This document shows, piece after piece, positions 24,691-37,507 of a stretch of 64,000 nucleotides of DNA. Origin of the DNA: Chrysomallon squamiferum. Taxonomy: Eukaryota > Animalia > Mollusca. Location of the stretch: contig CM022679.1 in NCBI GenBank assembly GCA_012295275.1, positions 18,848,001 to 18,912,000 of the forward strand. The letters run 5' to 3'. Position 1 is the first letter of the stretch; each line of letters begins with the position of its first letter. Below the pieces are notes generated by a model. It was given only the letters and a program-made list of their open reading frames with translations, was not told where the DNA came from and searched no databases. The translations under genes were made by a program, and so were the position numbers.

Positions 24691-25523
24691 ATCATAGCAT
24701 CATCAAGCTACCAATAAACGAAACAAATAACATTGAATCATCTAGTTAGTTGACTATAAGCATGGACACATTTCAAGTTCATTTTATTCTACAAATAATT
24801 TCATTTCTTTGTAGTAAGTTATTTCCTTTTAATTTTCAACATATGTGTTGAATTTGATCATTTTGTTTCATCAGAGCTCATTGTGGCACAATTAAAATGT
24901 AATGTTACATTTTCTTTCATGATCATGTTACAGCTGCAATTGGATATCCAATAGGTATTAAAAAAATAATTCGATTCTGATAATCAACAAAACATCTAAT
25001 CATGAAACAGTTTTTAAAATGCTCTGTACAATATTACATTAGTAGTTTCTACAAATCTATAACATTCTATTAATGTATTTTTTTATGTTGTTTTTGCTGC
25101 TCCTAACTGCATGGTTCCATTTCTTATACAATACAGGACACTAATAGAAATAATTTATTATTTAGAATTCTCTTACTAGTAATCAAATATATTAATACTT
25201 GTCAATAATCAAAACTGAATTAAGTGTCTGTTCCATTATTGCATGTACAAGAGGGTGATATTCCCTGCTATTACCTTGGTATATTAAGACATGATGACTA
25301 TCTGTTATTTGAAGTTTTTAAAACAGAAAACCTTTTTTTTTCAGGCCATAAATTTCTCCATAAAGTTGTATTTATTTAATGGAAGAAAAACAAGACAAAA
25401 AACAAATATGATGTTAATGGTATATTTCATCAATGCATTTATGTGAACAAAAAACAGATGATGATTAAAATGAATTATAGTCTGGTATATCAAATTACAG
25501 AATAAAACAAAATTAAATAATAA

Positions 25524-25844
25524 TCAGCTTCTTGCACTTCTTTCACATTCCATCAGACATTCTCGAACAAGAATTCTGCCATGAACAATGCTACGTTTGA
25601 GTCTCTCAGCTGAAGTTCTGTTGCCTGCATATGTTGGTCGAATGTCCCTACCCATGTCTTCAATCACTGCTAACAACTGGTTGTATTTGCTGAGGTGCTG
25701 CACTGGCCTTGCCTGATGAGGCGCTGGAAGGGGTGGAGTGGCTTGAGCTTGATCCATCTGATCAGATCGAGGTGTGCCTGGATTGCTGACGACTGGAGTG
25801 GATGGCGAGTTTGTTTCAGCTGCACTCAGTTCTTCGTCTGCCAT
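25524..25844 (-). CDS. CDK2AP1: CDK2-associated protein 1/2 (DOC-1 family, NuRD subunit), single coding exon, 106 aa
   Basis: MADEELS...[55 protein letters not shown] matches the conserved CDK2AP C-terminal helical domain. Acceptor ttccag ends 2 nt before the ATG (exon starts at 25846). Confidence 0.93.
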   Translation of the reverse strand: MADEELSAAETNSPSTPVVSNPGTPRSDQMDQAQATPPLPAPHQARPVQHLSKYNQLLAVIEDMGRDIRPTYAGNRTSAERLKRSIVHGRILVRECLMECERSARS

Positions 25845-26582
25845 TTCTGGAATGGGAAACACAAACAACTCAACAAACTGAGATTTCAAAACTGTTTATT
25901 TTAATAAATATATGCATTACAAAATGTCATACAAAGTATCACTAAATGATTTTTCTTCTCTTTTTTGTTTTGTTTCTGATAACAGTCTGATGAAAATGCA
26001 AACTATTAATTACTAAATTCTTTGGGAATATGCAATATAAATAAAATCATACAATCAGTTCACCCATAAGGTCTAGTAACTGGGGTCAAAATATTCAAAA
26101 TAAATGTAGAAAATGTCTTACATATTAAAAACTATTCACTGATTGTTTTCAGCAGAGGTTATTATAACTTTTTCAGTTAATAACATAAAATTATTATTTC
26201 TTTTATTTTATCGTTGTCTTAAATCCTTATATGTTTTATCTTTTTACATAAAATAGCCATTTAAAGAAAACATAATAGGTCTTATAAATTATATGTCTTA
26301 ATATTAATATAAATCAGAATGTTTTAGTATATAAAATTGGCCAGTTAAATTTCTTTATGTCTGAAACAAGTGCTAGAACAATGCAAGTGAGCTACAATTC
26401 GTATAATTCTAGGTAAATTATATTAAGCTTGGATGCACAGGCAAGTAACTTCATGCCACTGTGTCTGACTGCTTAATGATCCTAACTGTCAAAACTATTT
26501 TTCAGTATTTTTTTTTTTTTTTTTTTTATATAACCTTCTTCCTCTGGTTCAGAACAACCTTCTACCTGTCTGCAAGGAACTG

Positions 26583-26827
26583 ACTCTTTCCCTCGTGTTA
26601 AATTTCTATACTTGAATGGTGCCAAATTATTCACAACTATTAAATTTCGCAATGTTTTGGTATTACTAATTTACTACAATTAGAAACTGAAGCTTTTTTA
26701 TTTTAAAATTTGTATTAGATGATGAGAAGGCAATACCGATCGATTTGGCAAGTTTGACAGATAAAGTGAGGTTAAATAGTTCTACATTACCTTTTTAAAT
26801 TTCTAAATTTAACATGAGGGAAAGAGT
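26583..26827. mobile_element. MITE-like element (245 bp) with 23-bp inverted ends, in the CDK2AP1 5' UTR intron
   Basis: ACTCTTTCCCTCGTGTTAAATTT (26583-26605) vs AAATTTAACATGAGGGAAAGAGT (26805-26827), 22/23 match; no clear TSD. Confidence 0.65.
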
Positions 26828-27094
26828 ACTTATTTAATTTTATATTAGCTAACAAAACAAATTGTAGCAGTAAAAAATGTTCAGTAAAATCTACGATGGC
26901 AAATGAGTCACTCAGTCAGTGTTAACCTAAACTATACACTGACGTGGCATTTAGCAACACTTCTGACTCTTCAGAAAAAAGGAAAAAGTTGATAGCGCTC
27001 ACCATTACGATTTACGGCATTATTAATTTTAAATTTACAAAGTACAGAAAATCAACATTCAACTACATAACTTTGTGTCCTAAAAAATAATTCT

Positions 27095-27200
27095 GCTTAC
27101 CTTCTTACTCCGTTACTGTTAACAGTGTTATTCTACTGTAACATATATATATATTTAATATAATATTACTGTAGCTTATGGAAGAAACGAAATCACTACT
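27095..27200 (-). other. Putative non-coding first exon of CDK2AP1 (possibly also DPH7); 5' boundary unknown
   Basis: Strong donor GAAG|GTAAGC on the minus strand at 27101/27100, upstream of the CDK2AP1 acceptor. Several CpGs and a (CT)n tract lie just beyond, at 27320-27442. Confidence 0.5.
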
Positions 27201-27393
27201 ATGTCAACAGAAAGATTATACTTTTTTGAAAATCAAAACAAACAACAACAGAGTACAGAAAGTGTGTTGAAATTTTCCATTTCCAATTTAAACCAGTCTA
27301 CTTTTGATAAACCATTGTTTACCGTCATTATAGTTTATACGGACGTACTTGCCGATTTACTAAGACGCATTTCTTCGAAATACCAGTCTATAT

Positions 27394-27396
<3 letters not shown>

Positions 27397-27442
<46 letters not shown>
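27397..27442. repeat. (TC)n microsatellite
   Basis: Directly visible. Confidence 0.97.
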
Positions 27443-27446
<4 letters not shown>

Positions 27447-28734
27447 TTACTGTTGATTTTAAGTCCACCAGAACTTGCTTGATTTTAATGTACTTCAAAC
27501 TATTACTAATGTCACAAAGCAGCACTCCATTTTGCAGTTTTTCCCAGTTAGTGTCAGATTTATCAACAAGCGTAATTTTATAAATAATTAATGAATCTTT
27601 ACATGTGAAGTTGTATTTGTATTAAATGTACTGACTGTAAGAAAATGTCGCGTATCTTTCACTTCTATGAAAAGGGACACAAAAAAAAAAAAAATAAAAA
27701 AAAATAAAAAATAAAATAAATACATAAATAAATAAAATAAAACAAAACAAAAACAACAAAAAATCCCCAAAAGAAAAGCAAAAAAAAACAACAACAAAAA
27801 AAAAAAAACCCGCTGTAAAACAAGAACCCCCAAAAAAAAAAAAAAAGAATAAAACCTACATAAACTTACATGCCATAAAGGTCCTAAAAAAAAAAAAAAA
27901 AAAAAAAAAAAAATGCAAAAGGACTAAAAAAAGAACATTAATAATTCTCAGTGATGAACTGAAATACTGCATATTAAATAGTGAACATCAGCAGAAACAA
28001 TGATAATTAAATATATCTGCATATTGTATACAAGCCAATTATATTTGCTAGTTAATGAATTATTTTATGTTGGAATAATACATTTAGGTATTAAATATTA
28101 CTGTTAGTAGAATCATCTAAGATTACAGACATAAACTTTAAAGGATTTTATTATTATTTTATTCTAGACAAAATGATATCAGATAGATATTTATCTAACT
28201 CATATTATAATAATACATTTTATTTGTTTTCCATCAGACCAGAAAAAAATAAAATTATTAACAAATGAATGTTTGATTATTTGGTATTGTTTATTGTAAC
28301 TATGGTGAACAGCCTGATCATTTTTTATTTAAATTATTATCAGGATATGAGAACCAGTTGGTTAAGTATATTATTACTGTTATTGTGTTGTGCTTTGTGA
28401 TAATAGTAACTGTTGTTGAAGAAAAACTGATACAGTTTACAAACAAAAATTGAGTTTGGAATTCTAAATGTAGCATTGTATTTTTCATATTTTTTATTCT
28501 AGCATTTCAAGGAAAAAAAAAAAAAAAAAAAAAAAAACCCTACCTAATTTCATTATTAATATTGTTTACATATTTATTCTGTATTTACATATATTTAATG
28601 TCTCCTGGTTATTGGGAACAATATATCAGTATCTGGGGTTAATCAACGAGCAATTTCAATTATCTTTTTCCCCCCAAAAATAAGTAAATTTATTATTTTC
28701 TTCAAAGTGATAATATAATAAATATGTATGCTTG

Positions 28735-28768
<34 letters not shown>

Positions 28769-29416
28769 GTTTATTTATTAAATGATTTAAAATAATAAAA
28801 ACAACATCCTTATTATTATTTTTTCAGCCTTTTTGTCACCATTTCAAAAACTGTTTCCAACAAATCTTTCACATATATTTAAATATAATATGTGAAATAA
28901 CTGGCTATCAGACAGCATATGAAAACAAAATTTACAGGCTTCTGCATTTACAAAATAACCGAATTCTAAATCATGATACTTAAACGATTAACAATGAAGA
29001 TGTATCATGCAGATTATCACAAACACCACTAAATGTTTTTCTCATACTGAATGTTAAGAAATGCAGAATTACATTATCTTCAACACATTATCTCTCACAC
29101 ATACAAAATAAATACTGTCATTCATAGATATATAAACATAGTCTTCAGCCATGTACATAATTAGATGGATTATCTTGGACACTCAACCCAGCCACCTGTT
29201 ATATATGCAGCAAAATTACATTACATTGATACAGGTGTGTGTGCGTGTGCGTGCGTGCGTGTGTGTTTGAACTGCATGATATGGCTTAGGGGATCAATAA
29301 CTTCAGAGAAGACAACCTTGAATAAAAATATCGAAATATGATTTTCTAAAATATTCCTAATTTCATTATCTTGTGATTGAGTAAACATAGCTAAATTACA
29401 CTATTTTGTTGTATGC

Positions 29417-29464
<48 letters not shown>

Positions 29465-29662
29465 GTGGTTCTTAGAAATTTTAGTTTTTAAAAATAAATA
29501 AATAAAAAGCTACGAAATCATCAAAAAATAATGTTTGAAAGACCTGACAAACGATAAACTAATTTGCTCCGAAGTTCACCGATTTTAAGTTGATGGAATT
29601 GTCAGCCTGCTTTATTTCAGTGTTCAGATTTTCAAGAAAGACAACAATCTTATTCATTTGAA

Positions 29663-30050
29663 ATGAAATTTTTGTGTGATTTTCTATTTTACATTTTAGT
29701 ATTGTTGATTTTAGTTAGAACAGACGAAGACAAAAATTTTGATGAGAAAGAGCCAACACTTTGCGAAGGTGACTTTTGTTGCCATTTAATTTTTACACTT
29801 CGATTAAGACTTAAAATTTAAAACAAATTACAGTGTAAATCAGTCGTGCCTGCGAATTTTGTTGTATGTACCATTAATAATATTTAATTGATTGAAAGTG
29901 CGGTGTTAAAATAGTAGCTATGCCATAACATGATCAGTAAAGTCAGGTTAGTTTAATTCATAGCTACTTAATAAATAAACAAAATGCAGAAAACAAAATA
30001 CAGAAGGGAAAAAAAAAGAAGAAAATTCAGACCAAACCAAACAACAAACA

Positions 30051-30095
<45 letters not shown>

Positions 30096-32033
30096 CTCCA
30101 CAAGAAAAGAACACCACTGTAGTGAGCAATAATGTGTGAAAATGATTTTAATTTTAATCTGTTTTTTCCTTCTTTTTTTTTGTACTAGTATGTCGATTTT
30201 TGGTGACTGAACTTAAGGAAAGACTAGATGAAACAGGTAAATCTCGAGAAGTTCTTCACACTGGGCAGGGGTTGGAGAAAAAGAAGAAGAAAATAAATTA
30301 TCATACTTCGTAAGTTCAGTTCTGAAAATTTTGTAAATAAATAAAATTTCTATAAATTAAGACCTTGTGTGTGTGTGTGTGTGTGTGTTATTATTTTTTT
30401 AATATTATTTATTTCAAATATACTGAATACAAATGTTATCAAACCTGAATTTCTAAGATAGTTAAAATCACTTTGTTTTAAGAATAAAATATATATAAAT
30501 AAGCTTTGAAGATTCAAAAGATAAAAGTTGTAACTTAAACTATTTCAGTGAACTGAGATTAATAGAGGCTCTTGAACAACCTCATGTTTGTGATCGTATC
30601 CTGGATTACAATGTTCATAATGAATACAAAGGATCAGGTCGTTTTAGGAAAGGAATGAGTGAAACCATGCAGACACTTCATGGACTTGTGTATGTACATG
30701 CTTTCTTCTGCTACATAACTTTAGATATATTTATTATTGGAGTAATGGCTTTCTTCATAGATGTAATTTTCCAGAAAAATGGACTGATACATTATCTCAC
30801 ATATGTTTATTTATCAACAATTTACATCAAATTGAGAATATATTAAAGTTTTTTGTTTCCAGAGACAAAGGTGTCAAAGTGGATCTAGGAATGCCTTATG
30901 AAATGTGGGATAAACCCCCAGCTGAGGTGTCCTTGATGCAAAGGAAGGTCAGCTGTCAAAGAAGAAAAAATGTTTCATGTTGTTTTAAAGATTATTTCTT
31001 GACTGTAACAGTTATAGCACACACTAGTAGCTGTAAAAATGTATTACGTAAACAGTTTAGAATGTAATTATAAAATTTACTTTTATATTTCGAACAATTC
31101 ATGTTTAATGATCAGATGGTTACAGTTTATATCTAGTTAAACATATTATTTTTTAAAAGAAAGTGAAATTTCCACTGGTTTATCTGTTGGTAGTGCTTTC
31201 ATCTGGTTGAGGAATATCAAGATGACATTGAAGCATGGTACTTTCACAACCAGGATGCAAATTTAATGGAGTATTTTTGCAGAGATAGAGTTTTAAAAAA
31301 TTCAGACAAAAGTAAGTCTCAGATTTAATGGGAATTAATATTATATAAAAATAATATTGCTTTTCTATGAACTATGTCAGAATCATTGTTCAAAAGTTTG
31401 TTCTGATTACAAATAAATTAAAATTTGAATATTCAGAAAACAAAAAATTATTTTAATAGACCACATTTGGGACATTAAAGGTGCACTACAAAAACTGAAT
31501 AGTAAATAAATGGGATTGCACGTTTTATCTTTATATGTGAAGGTAAAATTTAAAAGGTCCTCTTTTTTCCACTGATTATGTTTATAGAAGAATAATGTTT
31601 GTCACCTGATGTTGTTAAGTGTTGTTTAACTGATATTAATTCATTCCACACATTAACCATTCATTTATGAAATAATAAAAAAATCCAGTGGTTATGATGT
31701 TTGTTTCAGCTTGCCTTACTGAGAACCTCCAGACTAAAAAAGATGAATATACAGAAGAAAAATCCAGTAAGTTTAGTTTTATATATCCCAGATATACATA
31801 TAAAGTAATAAGTCAGTTTGTATCTATGTAATTTCATTTTTTATTTGTTTCATACAACTTTATGAAACTAATATAAATTTTCATCAAAACAAACTATATA
31901 ATCCTGAAAAAAGGAATAATTTCTGTTATGGCTCTATTATACCTTTTCATTTGTTTTTGTTCCAGAGAACTTCAAAGGAGATACTGGAACAAAGGGAACC
32001 AAAAATAAAAAAAATATCAATGAAGAATTATGA
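29663..32033 (+). CDS. CNPY4: Protein canopy homolog 3/4 (saposin-like ER chaperone), 7 exons
   Basis: Exons 29663-29768, 30189-30309, 30549-30689, 30863-30947, 31194-31311, 31710-31766, 31966-32033. Signal peptide, then PTLCEVCRFL...ETGKSREVL...SELRLIEALE...CDRILDYNVH...[36 protein letters not shown]...WYFHNQD...FCRDRVL...CL, ending in KDEL-like NEEL. Confidence 0.92.
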
Positions 32034-33965
32034 CTGATGGTTAAATCATTATTGCAGACAGGTGTTGTTTGCTTTATAGTTTAAAAAAGCTTATCATTTT
32101 ATTGTGTTAGGGCAATCAAAGAATATTATCCTTGGTTGAAAATGTAGGCCAAATTAGTGAAGACCAGTGTCTTTCAAAATAATTGGTGACTCTTAAGTGC
32201 CTTAAATTATAATTAAAAAAATTTATTCTGTAATTTTTGAATTTTAGGTGCAACATTTAAAATAAGTTACAAATGAAAAAAAAACATGTTTAGTTAACCA
32301 TTTTTGGATCATTATTTATTGCAATATTAATACATAAATGCATTAAATTGTTGGTATAAATCTTTCTGCCATCAGTCTTCAGGGTATGTAAGCCTCAAGT
32401 TAATTTTCTATCATTAGTAATCCTAACAAAAAATCTTTTGATTACTAGTCAAAATTCATACATTCCATTTTTACATTTTTTTTTTTATGAACAGAGGAGG
32501 TTCAGGTAATTCTTGAACCATCAGTTGGTCATGTATATAAAAAAATATTCCAGTTAAGTGCTTTAATTCACAAATGCAGTGCATCCTTCTTTAGCAGTTA
32601 AATTACGGACCTGAATTTTGAAATGTGTAAAACAGAAAGGTTTTTGGTATTTATAATTCAAGCATGTGTTTCAGGTTTATAAGTATTATGACAATTAATT
32701 TTTATCTTCTCTAGCAATAAGAAAAAAAAAAGAAGAAAAAAGTAAATATTTCTGTCACATTAAACTGAACAAAATTACAAGTGTTACATGTTTTATTTGA
32801 AAACTGAATACAAGTATACTTTATGCATTTTCACTGTAGTTAACAATATGTATTCTCATTCTTGTTATTTATTTAAAATTTTGTTTCATAAATTAAATTA
32901 CTTGGAGATAAAACTTTATTTTTTTCTTTGGTGGTCAAGTAATTGATGGTATACAACTGCATTCACAATGAAGGAAAAACAATCAATGTCTCAGTGAAAC
33001 GATGATAAAAGGCTTTTTCAAAAAACTGTTTGTACTCAGTGTAGCATCTATATATATTGTTTCATTCTCACATTTATATTGTCAAATTAAATGCCACTAC
33101 CTGCAAGAACACAGACAAGAATCTTTATTATATGAAGACATGACTTCATGGTGTCAAAAGGAATACAGCAAAAGTGAATTCTGTGAATGATTTTACTCCA
33201 GAAAAATAAATGGATGTATGGTTGAGTCTCTGGCAGTTTTTAGTGACTATGTTCACATAAACTGCCTGGTATGAATGAAGGAAACATCTGGGGTGTGTTT
33301 TTTGATGTAAATGCATTTTGTTGAGAATCGTCTACATTCTTTACTGAAATTTTCTTTTGAAATTCATTATAACATTATTTTACAACAGGGAAAATTAAGT
33401 ATTAAGTATTATGTCACAGGTCAGAATTTGTTAAATTTTCATTTTTCATTTTTCATAGAAACAGATTTATTAAAATACTGTACTGTTTAAATGGTTAAAA
33501 ACAGCATTTTATGCTATCAGTTGTGTTATTTACATTTAAAATAAATATTTTTGGTATAATGCTGTTATTTTTTTTTTTTTTTTTTTAGAAAGATCAATAT
33601 ATTTTCTTAAAAATGTTATTTTTTGTACTTTGTGGCTGCTAATAAAATCAAACAACCAGCATTTATATATATAATTTATTATTACTGACATAAAAAAAAA
33701 TGGGACATCAAAGCTTTCAAGAACTGGAGTCAACATGATTATATTACCAACTTAATAACATCTTGAATGAAGCACGCAATGTTCAGTTTCACTACTGCCT
33801 GGCAAAATGACTTTCAAATGTAAATTAATACCGTGACAGCAGTAAAATTCCTAATTGTTAATAAAAGAACAATAAAGTTCTCAAATAAAATAATGAGTTT
33901 ATATGAACTAATTTGTCATGCAATAAAATGCTTTGTAAAATACAATGTCATACTTTGGCAGCATT

Positions 33966-36900
33966 TCAAAATGGCCGTGGAAATCTGCCACCCGGCCTAT
34001 GAAAACGATCACCAGGCCCTAATCCTCTGAGTGATAACAACGGTCTTGGACCAGGTCCACGTGGTCCTGGTCCCCCAGGCCCATGGAGACCTGGTCCACC
34101 AGGACCCCGAGGACCTGGACCTCCAGGCCCAAATCTAGGTCGACTCCACTGAACACCAGGAGGACCTCTGGGCCCACGAGGCCCTTCAAACTGAGGTCCT
34201 GGTCCCCTGGGCCTGAAAGGACGAGGGCCTCCAAAACCAAATCCTTGTGATGGATCATCACCAGGATGCCGTGGTCCTCTTGGGGGACCACCAGGTAGGC
34301 CACGTGGTCCTAGTGGATGTGGATGTCTAGCTTGGAATGGCTGAGGTGGGAATCCTCCAGATATGCCTTTTATTGGCATGTGATGCTCCTCTGAATGTCT
34401 GTCAGTCTGAGTCATATCTGAACCGTCTGCTATCTCGTTTTTCACTGAAATATTCACAGGCTTATTTTCAGAGGATGGAAGATTTTTATCATTTTTTAAT
34501 GGACTACTCTTGCTAGAGCTATCCATCTGCTTACTCTGATTGGAGCTTTGTTCACTAACTGATTCCTGTTTGACAGCTGCAGGTGGACCAGCTTCATTTT
34601 TATCTGCAGAAATATTATCTTCAGTTGGAGTGTCCCACTTACTTTTTCTTCGCCTTGGTCTGTCTTCAGCAGTAGCTTCTGGCTTATCAGCTGACTGGGG
34701 TGCAGAAACCTTGGAATCTGGTTTTATTTTGTCTTGGATTTGCAAATTTGACAGTTGATTGTTGTGTCTGGACTGATCTGAATCTCGGGATCCCTCATTT
34801 CTATCAAACTCTGGACGATGACAATATACTGGCTTTTCAACATCAGTACCTCTATTACTTCGTCTGTCAATGTCAGACCGACCACCATATCTTTCCGATT
34901 CTGATCCACGATCACGTGAATATCGATCAGCATCACGACCATATCTATCCGAACCTGCACTTCGACTTCTTCGGTCTGAATCAGAATCCGGACCTCTGAA
35001 CCTTCGGTCTGAATCAGAGTCAGCACCCTGATTTCTTCCGTATCTGGAATCTCCTCTTCCAGCAGATCTGTCTGTATCAGGCTCACGACTTCTACCATAG
35101 CGGTCAGTGTCAGATCGGATTTCTCTCCCAAATTTATCCGTTTCTTGACCACGGCCACTATCAAACTTTCTGGAACCTCCGCGCCTATCAAAACCAGAGT
35201 CTCTAATTTCACTGCTTCTATCATACTGAGAACTACCATGACGATCACGATTACTTCTGACTCTGTCAAAGCGATCAGTTCCTCGACCAGCATCACGTCT
35301 GTCATTAAAGGCCTGGCCTCGTGGTTCACTGCGCATATCTGAATCTGATCCTTGATTACTTCCTATTCTATCATATCTATCCAAATCTCTACCATCACCT
35401 ATCCTAGAAAAAATTTCTCGATTTGGTCCATCTTTCCTAGGACTTCCTACTGCACCAAAATTACTTTGATCTATCAAATGTTCTTGGCCATAATCAAATG
35501 ACTGAGGACCACCTCGCCTACCCGTAAGTGGAGGCTGATTGCCAAGACTAGGGTAAGTATCATCTAATCTTCCAGGTTGACGTGATACTGGACCTTCTGG
35601 TCTGGATTTCTCAGGATTGTCCTGCCATTGTTGCTGTGGTGGCCATTTATTTTGACCTTGAAGCCAGCTGTCATCTCGCTGACGCCAATTTCTCTGATCT
35701 TGACCTTGCTGCCAGCTATTTGTAGTCTGTCTAGAACCTTGTTGTTGTTTCCAGTTTCCATGCTCTTGATCTCGATTCCAATTTGTCTGGTCTTGATTAT
35801 CCTGCCACTGTCGTTGGTCCTGTTCCCAAGTTCCAAAACCTTTTCTCTGATCAGATCTGAAAGGCTGATCTTTGTTCAAGTCACTGCGTTCTCGGGGTTG
35901 CCAAGTTCCTGGAACTCCACATGAGTCTGTATTCTGTGGCCAGCCTCCAAGAGCTTGCTCTGGTATATTTTCTGCATCCTGCCTTTGGTTTGGCTGCCAA
36001 CTGCCCTTATCTGAACCTTGCTGCCACTCATCTTTTGATCTTATTTCAGATTGTCTTTGTTCTGAAGACCAGTTACTCTGTCCTTGTGGCCAATTCCTCT
36101 GATTAGGAGTTGGCTGTCCTGGTCTTGGATCAGCTGGTTTCTGTTGCCAGTTTCTCACCTCTTGGCTTTGTGCTGACCATCTTGAATCAGGATTGCTTTG
36201 GTTGTGCCAGTTTGGATTCAAGTCTTGGTTTTCTACACCTAGCTGAGGTGGAGGTGGTGGTGGTGGTGGCTGTGATATATTTGCCATGCTTAACCCAGTT
36301 GATGTGACTTGAGGGATAGTACCTGCCTGAGTAAGTCGAACTGGACCTGGCTGAATACCAAATCCTGGCTGACCGATTTGTTGTGGAACATGTGCAACAT
36401 AGTTCCTCTGACCAGGAGGCATAAGACTTTGTACCTGTCCTCCTCCAAACTGACCACGGTCCCATCTTGCCTCTTCTTTCAGTGGTGGTTTCCCAGCTTG
36501 ACCATATGTTTGTGCTTGTTCATCTTCAGCATATTCTTGCTTAATGAAGTCCAGTGCACTACCAGAATCAGGTTTTGCTCTTTTAGCTGGAGGTTCAAAA
36601 CTTTCATCATATGCTTTAGGATAATTCACATGGGAAAACAAGCGTTCCTGATGTGGTGAAGGTCCTTGGTTGGATAAGAATGTCTTTGGTGGCATAACCA
36701 TAGGAGGCATTCCAGGACCACCTCCAATCTGAAAAATGCAAGAGAATATTTAGCTTGAGGATAAATATGAAGTCACAAAATGACATTGTACAGTTTAAAT
36801 GTTGGTATAAAATTCAATTCTTAAAATGTTTTCTTACTAATCTTTAAAATCATTTAATTGTTTTATTTGTAAATTTGTTATTTTACATAGCAAATTTAGT

Positions 36901-37471
36901 GCATACTACATTATAGACTTTACAAAAGATACTATTACCCAGTAATAGATTAAATTACATAATATTTTAAATTAATATATTGACATAAAATTTTGTTAAT
37001 AAATAAAAAAAAAAATAGTTTATAACAGTGGTTACATTTTTCTATCATGACAAATTGTACAGTGCCAGGTACACTGTTTTATTGTATTGCAAATATTTGT
37101 TTCTGTTATTCTAAATTTCACAATATCATCTTGTTAAAAATAAGAAAATACTGAGTATTTCCCATATTCTGAAATATGGTTTACATGCCAGTTATTATCA
37201 AATTAAAATGTTGACAAAAATAAAAACAAAAAGTTAATAATTAATCCTTTCTTTGTGATAAGCTGATTTACCCGCACAATCTTAAAAAAAACAAAAAAAA
37301 AAAACATTCTTGTTATTCTGTTAGACACCCTTGCTACACAAGACTCTTAAACTTAAGTGAGATGCTTATTTTACCATTTAAAGGGTTAAAAGAACCATGT
37401 TGACAGTACATTAGGAAGTGCTTCTGAATCCATATACAAGTAAATTTAGATAAATGATATAATAGCTATTT

Positions 37472-37507
<36 letters not shown>

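Noticed and set aside
25845-25889. N-terminal extension [15 protein letters not shown] of the CDK2AP ORF
   Set aside because: It is the intron polypyrimidine tract and acceptor read in frame from a TTG; the likely start is ATG 25844.
33966-34360. GPR/GPG repeats suggesting collagen
   Set aside because: No sustained Gly-X-Y register; it is the RG/PG-rich tail of the hnRNP U-like protein.
34019-36659. Many overlapping antisense and alternative-frame ORFs
   Set aside because: Shadows of a GC-richer low-complexity coding exon; no independent motifs or splice context.
33966-36710. 914-aa ORF as a stand-alone gene or YLPM1-like protein
   Set aside because: It has an acceptor at 36730-36729 and splices in phase to upstream SPRY and P-loop exons of the hnRNP U family.
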